A DNA stretch of 64,000 nt from Gammaproteobacteria bacterium UBA3067 (GCA_002366835.1 DFBZ01000060.1:83011-147010); one strand, 5' to 3'. Shown: positions 37,954 through 51,220, numbered from the stretch's first letter. Notes: generated from the sequence alone by a model not told the origin. Made by a program: numbers and translations.

Positions 37954-38745
37954 TCAAATAGCCAAAGCAAGCCGGTTTAAACCATTACTTTTAATAATAC
38001 TGCGTATAGCGAGCACATAGCTTTTACCCATTTCCGAATAGCTGCTTAGGCCATCGGCGAGCTCTTCGCCGGAAACCACTTGGTTTTTCAACGTATACTG
38101 ATGACGCAGCTCACGTAAGCGAGCATAGGCAGGATGACTGTTGATGTTTTTCATATAAGCCCGCACCGATTCAGCCGGGCTGGCAAAGCGGCGCACTTCA
38201 TGGTTTTTACCTTCTGCTCGGTTCTTAGGCACTAGGCCACAACCCCTCTTAAAGCACCACTGCCCAAAGTAATTATTGATTTCGCTAGCAAACCTGGATG
38301 TCCCCCAAGAGCTTTCCATTGCAGCCTGCGCCAAAATCAAATCAGCGGGCAAAACATCCACATGAAGTAACAGTGCCTCAACCAGCTGCCGCTCATCTAA
38401 GCCATTAGCTCCCACACGGTATTCCTCGGCCAACCTTGCCAGAAAAACACGATCATACTCCGCCAGGGAGGCTTTCCTTGTCATTAACAAAAGCGTGGCC
38501 CGTTCCGCGAGAACAGCATTATTTTCCCGTTTAATGAGGGGCAACAAAGATTGAATAAAGCGCTGTTTGCGCCCAGACAAAGCAGGAGCTATCTCTTGAG
38601 AAACATTTAATTCAGCATGACTTGATTTTTCCCGGTTATCTGGCAGCGCCTTGGCATAAGCCGGCTTCCCCCCCAAATAGAACCCACCTACACTCAATAC
38701 CGAAACTCCCAGCAGAGACGCAGTAAAGATAAGCTTATACAGCAT
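37954..38745 (-). CDS. Bax-like glucosaminidase-domain protein
   Basis: N-terminal membrane anchor. ILAQAAMESSWGTSRFASEINNYFGQWCF matches the mannosyl-glycoprotein endo-beta-N-acetylglucosaminidase (FlgJ/Bax) motif. Confidence 0.7.
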   Translation of the reverse strand: MLYKLIFTASLLGVSVLSVGGFYLGGKPAYAKALPDNREKSSHAELNVSQEIAPALSGRKQRFIQSLLPLIKRENNAVLAERATLLLMTRKASLAEYDRVFLARLAEEYRVGANGLDERQLVEALLLHVDVLPADLILAQAAMESSWGTSRFASEINNYFGQWCFKRGCGLVPKNRAEGKNHEVRRFASPAESVRAYMKNINSHPAYARLRELRHQYTLKNQVVSGEELADGLSSYSEMGKSYVLAIRSIIKSNGLNRLALAI

Positions 38746-38977
38746 TGCCCCCTCCTCTATTTCAAGAATGCATAAAAATCAACCTTTCAAATCAAAATCA
38801 TCTAAAAGGAGCTTTTTCGTTATTTATACCTCCTCACAAATGAACATATACTTAACACTACGTTTTTAATAAGAATTTATGTTACGCCGGTAGAATTAGA
38901 ACCTTGCGACTTTATAGAGCCCCCCGAAAAGCGCCCTATTAACAAGAAAAAAACCGACGATACAAGGGACTGTTATT

Positions 38978-39193
38978 ATGAGAAATACATCTTCCGCCAT
39001 ACGCGTTGGCAATAAGACTTATAAAACCAATGAGATGATTAAGCGCGTCTCTGAAGAGATTAACCTCTTAGGCTCAAGACTTGAGGAGGTTGATTCCTAT
39101 GGCCCTTGCTCAAGCGAGCAGCAGGGCAAGATTGTGGACATGATCAAGATACGGTGCGAGCTGCTCGGCTCACTGTCCAAGAGTTTCGATTAG
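38978..39193 (+). CDS. Hypothetical 71-aa protein
   Basis: Stand-alone ORF with its own downstream hairpin terminator. Predicted helical. No family recognised and the RBS is weak. Confidence 0.3.
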   Translation: MRNTSSAIRVGNKTYKTNEMIKRVSEEINLLGSRLEEVDSYGPCSSEQQGKIVDMIKIRCELLGSLSKSFD

Positions 39194-39262
39194 CCAAAGC
39201 TTCACCCTGAAGCAGGCAAAATGAAGATGCTGACGTCAGCTTAAAATTTACAGTCATCCACA

Positions 39263-39312
39263 AAAAAGCCACTCAACCAAGCGTAAAACTACGCATAGCA
39301 GAGTGGCTTTTT
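39263..39312. terminator. Bidirectional terminator-like nested hairpin
   Basis: AAAAAGCCACTC...GAGTGGCTTTTT (12-bp stem with A- and T-tracts on both sides), plus an inner GCGTA-AAAC-TACGC stem. Lies between convergent genes. Confidence 0.6.
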
Positions 39313-39327
39313 ATTGCTGAATAAATA

Positions 39328-39349
39328 ATCCTAGAAACCGCAGTAGGAT
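39328..39349. repeat. Minimal 22-bp derivative (copy G) of the copy-F/E repeat
   Basis: ATAATCCTAGAAACCGCAGT at 39325-39344 is identical over 20 nt to 3278-3297. It then jumps directly to the right end, ...TAGGATAA. Confidence 0.5.
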
Positions 39350-39354
39350 AACAA

Positions 39355-40263
39355 CTACTTATTCATCGCCTGTATCATCAAGCCCATTTCTTCAGTGGCG
39401 TTCCCAGGAACGATATAACCCTCTTCGTTTCTGATTTGCGCAAAGTTATCACGAACTTTTTCAGCCGTTAATTCTTTATCAAAAATACCCGGAGTAGCGC
39501 CGATAAATACACGCCCCACTCGGCCTGCCGCAGCAGAATAGATTTCTGATGATACGGGGCAGTCTTCATGCGCAAGATATGCAACAATCGGCGTAACCAA
39601 AGCAGGGTCCATATCAAACTGATCTGCCATGGGGCCCAGAAGATCTTTGGTCATGCGCGTTTTAGCGCCAGGTGCCAATATGTTTGCCTTAATGTTGTAT
39701 TTTGCGCCTTCAAGAGCAACAACATTGGTAAAACCAACAATACCCATTTTTGCGGCACCATAGTTAGCTTGACCAAAGTTACCGAAGATACCAGCAGCAG
39801 AAGACGTATTAATAATACGGCCATAGTTCTGCTCACGCATGATTTCCCAGGCTGCCTGAGTAACCCAGACCGTTCCCATTAAATGCACAGCCATAACGGG
39901 ATCAAACAATTCTGGCGTCATATTGCGAAATGATTTATCACGCAGGATACCGGCGTTATTAATCACAATATCTACACCGCCGAAGTTATCAACGGCAGTT
40001 TTAATAATTGCAGCGGCAGAATCCCTATTGGCAACGTTATTTCCGTCAACAACCGCTTCGCCACCCGCCTCTTTAATTTCAGCAACAACTTGCTCAGCAG
40101 GGCTAACAGATCCGTCTCCTGATCCGTCAACAGAGCCACCCAAGTCATTCACTACAACTTTTGCACCACGTGATGCAAGAAACAAGGCGTGAGAACGACC
40201 CAAGCCTCCGCCGGCTCCAGTTACTACTGCAACTTTGCCATCATATCGTAATTCGTCAGACAT
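39355..40263 (-). CDS. SDR-family 3-hydroxyacyl-CoA dehydrogenase-like oxidoreductase (MFE-2 N-terminal type)
   Basis: VAVVTGAGGGLGRSHAL...VVVNDLGG, NNAGILRD, and the YGAAK catalytic YxxxK. Confidence 0.85.
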   Translation of the reverse strand: MSDELRYDGKVAVVTGAGGGLGRSHALFLASRGAKVVVNDLGGSVDGSGDGSVSPAEQVVAEIKEAGGEAVVDGNNVANRDSAAAIIKTAVDNFGGVDIVINNAGILRDKSFRNMTPELFDPVMAVHLMGTVWVTQAAWEIMREQNYGRIINTSSAAGIFGNFGQANYGAAKMGIVGFTNVVALEGAKYNIKANILAPGAKTRMTKDLLGPMADQFDMDPALVTPIVAYLAHEDCPVSSEIYSAAAGRVGRVFIGATPGIFDKELTAEKVRDNFAQIRNEEGYIVPGNATEEMGLMIQAMNK

Positions 40264-40324
40264 GCTTCCCTCTCCTAATGAGTCGTTTGGGCAGAATATC
40301 TACCCAAACAGCTTGTATTTATTA

Positions 40325-40726
40325 TTATGCAATTTCAAAAACAGGCAGGTTTTTGCCGCTACCGGCATCTTCCCAGGCTACTTTTACTTTATCGCCAACC
40401 TTTGCTGTATGCACATCCTCCAAACCAACAATATTGGTCATCATGCGAGGGCCTTCAGCAAGATCAACAAGTGCTACAGCATAAGGGACGGATGCAGCCA
40501 TAGTGGGTAAACCAGGCTTATGACAAACCGTTATTGCGTAGATAGTGCCCTCACCTGAGGCATCTTTCCACTCTAGGTTTTCACCATGGCAATGTGGGCA
40601 GAAGTTACGTGGGTAGTGGTGCGCTTTACCGCAGTCTTTGCAGAACTGTACACGTAATATTTTTTCTTCAGTGCCTTTCCAGAATGGCTCAGCTACTTGG
40701 GATGTTCCCATTAACATGCGACTCAT
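40325..40726 (-). CDS. DUF35 Zn-ribbon / OB-fold protein
   Basis: Zn ribbon CKDCGKAHHYPRNFCPHCHG, then an OB-fold region. Its ATG at 40726 overlaps the thiolase stop in an ATGA arrangement. The ORF-track start at 40783 would overlap the thiolase gene. Confidence 0.8.
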   Translation of the reverse strand: MSRMLMGTSQVAEPFWKGTEEKILRVQFCKDCGKAHHYPRNFCPHCHGENLEWKDASGEGTIYAITVCHKPGLPTMAASVPYAVALVDLAEGPRMMTNIVGLEDVHTAKVGDKVKVAWEDAGSGKNLPVFEIA

Positions 40727-41919
40727 AGTGCATCCTCCGTTCCAAGAATCAGTGTAGAAGTACAGGAAAGAACGCCACCACAACCGTGAGCGACAGCGAT
40801 ATTAACATCATCAACTTGACGGTCAGCTGCCTGGCCAGATACCTGACGAGCGGCTTCAACCAGCAAGAACATACCGTACATACCAGGGTGGGTATAAGAA
40901 AGACCACCGCCATTGGTGTTTGTTGGCAGTGCACCGCCAGGCCCTAAGCGACCATCAGCGACAAATGCACCCGCTTCACCTTTTTCGCAGAAGCCAAGAT
41001 CTTCAAGAGCCAAGGCAACTGTAATGGTAAAGGAGTCATAAGTTTCAACAACATCCACATCATTGGGTGTAACACCCGCCATGCTGAATGCCTCACGACC
41101 GGAAATTACTCCAGGAGTTGTACAGATATCAGGCATTTCAGAGATCATCATTGAATGATCATGTGCTGTACCCGCACCCAATACATAAACAGGCTTTTGC
41201 TTGAGGTCTTTTGCGCGTTCAGCGGAAGTCAGAACCACTGCACCAGCACCGTCAGTAACCAAGCAGCAGTCAAGACGACGCAAAGGTGTTGCTACCATAG
41301 GCGAATCCAGTACGTCCTGGACTGTAATAGGGTCTTGGTGCCGCGCGTTAGGATTTTTTGATGCCCAGTCACGAGTTGAAACGGCAATCTGAGCCAGTTG
41401 CTCAGAAGTAGTGCCGTACAAAGCCATATGGCGGCTTGCTGCCAAAGAATATGCACCAGAAGGCATAAGGTTTCCGTAAGGAACTTCCCACTCAACCATC
41501 GGCATTGGGTTCTTGGGATCCATCATACCCATCATGGCAGACATATCACCTAAGCCTTTTCCGCGAGCACGTGGAGTCGAAGCAAAATATACCACCGCTA
41601 CTTCACACATACCTGCAGCGATAGCTAGAGCAGCATGCTGAACATGTACTTCAAAGCTCGAACCGCCAGTCATAGTACTGTCTGTATAACGTGGAGTAAT
41701 GCCCATGTGCTCTGCAAGCTCCATGGTTGGCATCATCATACCTGTACCAAACAGGCCGTCTACATCAGATACTTTTAAGCCTGCGTTATCCAATGCCCCT
41801 TTTACCATTTGCACTTCAAGGTCGCGTTCGCTAATCCCTAGCACACCGGTGGGGGATACGGCATCGATTGCGCCGACAATCGCCACCTTTCCTCTAAAAT
41901 CGCTCGGTTTATATGTCAT
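40723..41919 (-). CDS. Thiolase-fold protein of the DUF35-associated (SCP-x / Ltp-like) group
   Basis: GKVAIVGAIDA, VQHAALAIAAG, NTNGGGLSYTHPG and VAHGCGGV. No Cys is visible where the thiolase nucleophile is expected (see findings). Confidence 0.85.
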   Translation of the reverse strand: MTYKPSDFRGKVAIVGAIDAVSPTGVLGISERDLEVQMVKGALDNAGLKVSDVDGLFGTGMMMPTMELAEHMGITPRYTDSTMTGGSSFEVHVQHAALAIAAGMCEVAVVYFASTPRARGKGLGDMSAMMGMMDPKNPMPMVEWEVPYGNLMPSGAYSLAASRHMALYGTTSEQLAQIAVSTRDWASKNPNARHQDPITVQDVLDSPMVATPLRRLDCCLVTDGAGAVVLTSAERAKDLKQKPVYVLGAGTAHDHSMMISEMPDICTTPGVISGREAFSMAGVTPNDVDVVETYDSFTITVALALEDLGFCEKGEAGAFVADGRLGPGGALPTNTNGGGLSYTHPGMYGMFLLVEAARQVSGQAADRQVDDVNIAVAHGCGGVLSCTSTLILGTEDAL

Positions 41920-42070
41920 GATCTTCCTACTCTGTTTTCATGATTATTGTTTACTGGTAACCCCACCCCCTAACCAATACTAAAAGCTGGAGCTAGCAGC
42001 GAGGAATTTAGGTTCTGGAATATATCTATTCCTAAGATAGAAACCAGGGGACCAGAATCTCTAATAATTA

Positions 42071-42092
42071 CTTTCAAACGTTTGTTTGAAAG
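42071..42092. promoter_or_regulatory. Candidate operator palindrome upstream of the thiolase operon
   Basis: CTTTCAAAC-GTTT-GTTTGAAAG forms perfect 9-bp arms about 150 bp upstream of the thiolase ATG, inside the 447-bp gap after the AraC-family gene. Confidence 0.3.
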
Positions 42093-42366
42093 CTGAGGGC
42101 GCAGGCTACGGGATATTTATTCTAAAGACAAGTAGGGTAAGTAAATCTCTAGTGACAATAGATGCGACATGAGACGACAAAACGCAAATATAACGCGCCA
42201 AAAAAAGAGAGGGAAATATATTATCAAGCAAATTCAATTATTTATAACTTTGTCGCCACAGCAAAGCAGCCAAACCATAAGTCCAACCACGGAGTTTCAA
42301 TAGCGGCTACTTCCTGTAGAAACAGGACCGTACCCACCTTTATTGAGCCGATCTTTAGAGCCCAAA

Positions 42367-43404
42367 TTATGACTGAAGCTCCAACTCTCGCCCATTAATA
42401 AAGTGTTTACGATATCCGCCAGGAGAAACCCCTTCCCAACGCTTAAACGCATGATAGAAGGTCGAAGCATCTGAAAATCCAAGCCTGGAGGCCAACACCC
42501 CCATGCTAACACTGGAGTTCTGCAGCTGGGTCTTCGCCAGCTCATGGCGAAGCTCATCCCGTAATTCGGCGAAAGAAGCGCCTTCCTGTTTTAACTTCCG
42601 TTGCAGGGTGCGCGACGTCATATTGAGATGGCTTGCGACATATTCAACACCCACCGCACCGCACCCTATGTTCGTATTAAGGTAGTCCACCACCTGACGC
42701 GTAATCTTATAACCGGCAGCTAGTCTATTTAACTGCTCCTCAGCCATCAGCCCTACACGCTCATGGTATTCAGGAAGGGAGCCAGACAACGGCAGATCAA
42801 GCACATCTTTCCTGAATATCAGCTCATTATTGGCACAATTAAAATAGACGGGAACCTGAAAAACACGGTTATATTCATTTATATAAATAGGCTGGGGGTG
42901 AGAGAAGCGCACCTCTTCCAAAGGAAAATCCCCGCCCGTCAACCATCGGAAAATACTGAATAGGCGAGATATAACCAGCTCATTAAACGCAACCTGATTT
43001 TCACGCAAGGAGGCAAGCCCCGACTGGTAAGAAAGGCTTGCTTGCTTATCACCTACGACAAGCTGGAATTGCGCACTGGGGGCAAGCAGGTCTTTAAACT
43101 TCACCAGCTCTCTCAGAGCCTCTCTTAGTGTGCGCGCAGAATAAACCAGCTCCATCACAGTGGAACGGCTGTTATAGCGCGTATTTTCACCAAAATGAAG
43201 GCCAAAAGCGGGATCACTTGACGCCTTAATTAAGGCCGTCAGTAAATTTTCAAACTGCTGCGAGGTCAGAAATTCGTCCTGAGATCCGACAAATGCCGGA
43301 TCTATATCTGCACTAGCCAGCAGCTCTTCCATATTTAGCTGCTTACTCACCGCGAGATCAAAAACACCTGACAATATCGATGCAGGAATTAGTTGTTGAT
43401 TCAT
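42367..43404 (-). CDS. AraC-family transcriptional regulator
   Basis: C-terminal double HTH: VEYVASHLNMTSRTLQRKLKQEGASFAELRDELRHELAKTQL...SRLGFSDASTFYHAFKRWEGVSPGGYR. Confidence 0.85.
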   Translation of the reverse strand: MNQQLIPASILSGVFDLAVSKQLNMEELLASADIDPAFVGSQDEFLTSQQFENLLTALIKASSDPAFGLHFGENTRYNSRSTVMELVYSARTLREALRELVKFKDLLAPSAQFQLVVGDKQASLSYQSGLASLRENQVAFNELVISRLFSIFRWLTGGDFPLEEVRFSHPQPIYINEYNRVFQVPVYFNCANNELIFRKDVLDLPLSGSLPEYHERVGLMAEEQLNRLAAGYKITRQVVDYLNTNIGCGAVGVEYVASHLNMTSRTLQRKLKQEGASFAELRDELRHELAKTQLQNSSVSMGVLASRLGFSDASTFYHAFKRWEGVSPGGYRKHFINGRELELQS

Positions 43405-43947
43405 TTTTATTGTACCGATTCTTGTCTCTTACCTACATTTTATATCTAGGCGAAAAGACATTTATTTTTTTTATGTAAGGTACATCCTTATCCAATAAGC
43501 GCTGCTCTGCTCGCCTACCTTCTAATTACGCAGACCCCACCCAACGCGACAAATTAAGTACTTTATTATTTTTATGCGCTGGACAAAATTAAAGCAACTT
43601 GCGTTATTCTTATTGCCTATCACCCTATTGTCAATCAAATCTCTTCATGTTTAACAAAAACTGCTTATGCGAACTATTTCACCACACCACAAATGTCACA
43701 TTTTCACACATGGCAATCAACTAACGCCCATTTCTCCATAACTAGTGATTAAACAAACCTGCACTATCACAACTAAACAGATAAATAACTCGTATTCAGC
43801 AAACTCAATATAATATATGACAGGTGAAGGCACCCCGATTAGACTATGCCAACTTAATCTACGCTACAAAATAGCCTGTAAAGATCAGTAACAACAAACT
43901 GACACCCAGACAATAGCATCCACATACGCACTTAAAGCATCGCTCAT

Positions 43948-47975
<4,028 letters not shown>

Positions 47976-48116
47976 AAAGAGCTTAACGTTATAGAAAATA
48001 ACAATTGCCAAATTAATTACCGCCTAGATCAGCAGGTTAGTAAAAGCACGCAAGCCTTCATATAAGCTCTAACATAGCTAGGCTTGCGCCTCCCCTGTGT
48101 GCAACAAGGATGTTCA

Positions 48117-50978
48117 ATGCAAGCACATGTTCAGCCCCCCACACCACAACACTTAAGCTATTCCCCCCGCTCACTCCAGCTCCGTCTTTTTATTTTTTTA
48201 GCGTTACTGCCTTGTCTGCTGCACCCAACAAATAGCCATGCAATTGATCCACGACTAGACTGGTTTAGCTTAGCAACGCCGCATTTTATTATTCACTTCC
48301 CTGAAGAAAACGAGGCGCTTGCTGAGCTTATTGCCGAAAGAGCCGAGAGCGCCCACAAAGAACTCTCCCCCTGGTTTAATTGGCAGCCAAAAGAAAAAAC
48401 CCACATCGTCCTTAATACGAGTGAAAGCCGAGCAAACGGTTCCGCTTTCGCCATCCCTTATAATCGCATCGAACTAAACATGGTCATTCCCGAAGCAGGA
48501 GGCAACCTGTCAGACTTTGCTGATTGGTGGACACTGCTAATCACCCATGAGTACGCACACATCCTCCACCTAGATAAAAAAGTGGGAGTTCCTCTTTTCC
48601 TGCGCCAAACCCTTGGCCGTGTTCCAGCATTTTATCCCAACCTGTTTCAACCTCGCTGGATTATTGAAGGCCTCGCCACCTATATTGAAACCGATAATGA
48701 AAATCAAACCGGCCGCGGCCAAAGCAGCGCCTTCAATATGATGATCAACGAAGAACTCGGCCAGGGTTTAAAATCACTGCGCCAAATCAACATTCATGAA
48801 AGCAACTGGCCCTACAGCAGCGCCTACCTGTATGGCAGCTATTTTTTTGAATTTCTTGAACAGGAATATGGTGAAGAAAAAACCAAAGCCTTTATTGCTG
48901 AATACAGCAACAACATCATCCCCTTCGCACTGAATACCACCAGCAGCACTGTTTTTGACAAATCTCTTTACAGCTTGTGGAAAGACTATGAACACTATTT
49001 AAAAACCAATATCGCCATCCCCGCCTTAGCTGGAGACAAACAACAGGCGCTTACCGAAAAAGGATACCTACAAGGCCCATTACAAAGCGACAATGACAGG
49101 GCGCTATTATTTATTCAAAACAATGGTGAACGTCACACAGCACTATGGAAAATAAACCAACAGGGAGACAAAGAGAAAATAACAGAACTGCAATCAGGTG
49201 CATCCTTCGACTTCCACAAGCGCGGTGGTTTCATCATCAGCCAAGCGGAAGTCTGCGAAGAATATAACGTATATTATGACCTCTTTATTCTCACCAAGAA
49301 CGACACTACTCCACAACAAATTACGCACTGCGCACAATACCACTACGCCAGCTGGCACCCATCGGGAAATAAAATTGCAGCCATAAAGGTAAACCCTTTA
49401 TACAGCCAAATCGACCTACTTAAAAAAGATGGCTCCTTCATAAAGACCCTCTGGAAAAGCAATAAAAACGAGCGCCTCAGTGCTTTAGACTGGAATCAAG
49501 ATGGCAGCAAAATAATCACCTCTTTACATAAAACTAATACTGGATGGAACCTTTATGAGCTAGATACTAACAAAGGCTCTATGCGCAGCCTGACAAATGA
49601 CTGGGCGGAAAAGTCTGCGCCACGGTACCAGAAAAATGGGCACATCATCTATTCCGCCGATTACGATGGCGTGAGTAATATCTATAAAATAAATTCGACA
49701 AGCGGAAAGGTTTTAAAACTTAGCCAGGGAAATAAAGGCAAATTCCACCCCCTATTGACTGAAAAAAACGAAACGTCACACCTAAGCTATATGCAATATG
49801 GCCCCACAGGCCTCAACATATACCAACAAAAAGAAATCATCGCTAATGCCTACACCGTTAAACCTGATTTACGGATAACAGAAAATAAAAAGGCAACAGA
49901 AAAAGTTACGCCATATTCACCAGCAAACACAGCACAGGGCTACTCCCCATGGCCATCTTTAATCGCACCCAGCTGGATACCGAATTTTTTTGTTTCCAGT
50001 GATCAAAGTTTTATTGGAGCGATACTTATGGGTGCCGATGCACTGCAAAACCATAAGTACGAAATCTCCCTCGCCTACGAGGCGCAATATGAACAGCTCT
50101 ACAGCAATATAAACTATCAATACAATGACCGCCTATTTATCAACTATGAACATGATAAGCGTTATTTTTTCTCACAGGAAAGGCTCGACTTCATTCTCAA
50201 CACAGACCAGATCGAAGCTTACTACCTCGTCCCAAGTTCAACACTGGAAGCACAATGGAATATTCTGCTCGGTGGCGAGTTTATTTATAATTCATGGGAT
50301 CAATTCTCACCTTTTTTTATTAAGCCGGATTCATCACGAAGCCAGCTACTTGGCGTTGCTGTTTTATACAACAGTAGCCACCGCTATTTACGAGGTATTA
50401 GCGATACTGAAGGGCGACAAGTTTATGTGGCGGCGGAAAATATCCGTCTATTTGACAATAATATCCGTGGCGATAGCCTGACATTTGACTGGCGCGAATA
50501 TATCCCCCTTAGCGACGCTCACACTCTTGCGTTGCGTGGCGTCCATGCCCGAAGCTCCTCACCCAGTGTTCGCTATTTTCTTGGCGATGATTTCAGCGAT
50601 CCTTTCAATAATATCGGCAACATATTCAATCGCCAAGATTACCCCTTAAGGGGATACGATCAGTCTCTCGAAAAACTCAGCGGGAATCGCTTATTCCTAG
50701 GCAGTGCCGAGTGGCGCTTCCCCATTACCAATATCGAACGCACACTTATGTCTCCTCCGGTGGGAATACAAAAAGTACATGGCAAGCTGTTTATAGAATC
50801 TGGCGCAGCCTGGACAGCGGGTATCAATGAGAGGGAGTTCTACAGCAGCAGGGGCGTCGAACTAATCGCTGAAGCAAGATTATTTTATTACTACCCCGTT
50901 AATCTGCGCTTGGGTTACGCAAAAACAGAAGAAAAAGACGGGGATAACTTTTATGGCAGTCTTGGGGTATCCTTCTAA
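48117..50978 (+). CDS. Predicted outer-membrane protein: HExxH metalloprotease-like region, TolB-like beta-propeller and Omp85-type barrel
   Basis: Signal peptide ...PTNSHA/ID. THEYAHILH with a downstream IIEGLATYIE. WD40-like/TolB repeats (SWHPSGNKIAAIK, DWNQDGSKIITS, YSADYDGVSNIYKIN). DYPLRGYD, an Omp85 L6-like (V/L)RG(F/Y) motif. C-terminal ...GSLGVSF. The ORF opens at TTG 48084. Confidence 0.6.
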   Translation: MQAHVQPPTPQHLSYSPRSLQLRLFIFLALLPCLLHPTNSHAIDPRLDWFSLATPHFIIHFPEENEALAELIAERAESAHKELSPWFNWQPKEKTHIVLNTSESRANGSAFAIPYNRIELNMVIPEAGGNLSDFADWWTLLITHEYAHILHLDKKVGVPLFLRQTLGRVPAFYPNLFQPRWIIEGLATYIETDNENQTGRGQSSAFNMMINEELGQGLKSLRQINIHESNWPYSSAYLYGSYFFEFLEQEYGEEKTKAFIAEYSNNIIPFALNTTSSTVFDKSLYSLWKDYEHYLKTNIAIPALAGDKQQALTEKGYLQGPLQSDNDRALLFIQNNGERHTALWKINQQGDKEKITELQSGASFDFHKRGGFIISQAEVCEEYNVYYDLFILTKNDTTPQQITHCAQYHYASWHPSGNKIAAIKVNPLYSQIDLLKKDGSFIKTLWKSNKNERLSALDWNQDGSKIITSLHKTNTGWNLYELDTNKGSMRSLTNDWAEKSAPRYQKNGHIIYSADYDGVSNIYKINSTSGKVLKLSQGNKGKFHPLLTEKNETSHLSYMQYGPTGLNIYQQKEIIANAYTVKPDLRITENKKATEKVTPYSPANTAQGYSPWPSLIAPSWIPNFFVSSDQSFIGAILMGADALQNHKYEISLAYEAQYEQLYSNINYQYNDRLFINYEHDKRYFFSQERLDFILNTDQIEAYYLVPSSTLEAQWNILLGGEFIYNSWDQFSPFFIKPDSSRSQLLGVAVLYNSSHRYLRGISDTEGRQVYVAAENIRLFDNNIRGDSLTFDWREYIPLSDAHTLALRGVHARSSSPSVRYFLGDDFSDPFNNIGNIFNRQDYPLRGYDQSLEKLSGNRLFLGSAEWRFPITNIERTLMSPPVGIQKVHGKLFIESGAAWTAGINEREFYSSRGVELIAEARLFYYYPVNLRLGYAKTEEKDGDNFYGSLGVSF

Positions 50979-51017
50979 AGTACCAAGGTATTGAGAACAG
51001 GGAAACAAGCTTTTCTG

Positions 51018-51186
51018 CTAGCAGGCTGTTGAAATTCGCTGAATTGAGTCAGATATAAGGCAAAATCAAGCGAAAAAGCGGAGTTTACACGTGTAAATGA
51101 GTACTTTGAGTGCGATTTTACCGAGAGTAGGCGCCTTAAGCGACGCAGTAGATGGCCAAGTCAGTAGAATTTCAACAGCCTGCTAG
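51018..51186. repeat. Structured intergenic repeat, copy B (169 bp)
   Basis: Perfect 20-bp arms CTAGCAGGCTGTTGAAATTC and GAATTTCAACAGCCTGCTAG. About 90% identical to copy A, plus a ~22-nt internal insertion (CGAGAGTAGGCGCCTTAAGCGA). Confidence 0.85.
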
Positions 51187-51220
51187 AAAAGCCCTGTGGT
51201 TTATTAATAGAGGAAACAAA

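Noticed and set aside
42162-42557. ORFs of 78 and 86 aa in or near the thiolase-AraC gap
   Set aside because: One lies in the AT-rich leader without an RBS and the other is antisense to the AraC C-terminus. No family features.
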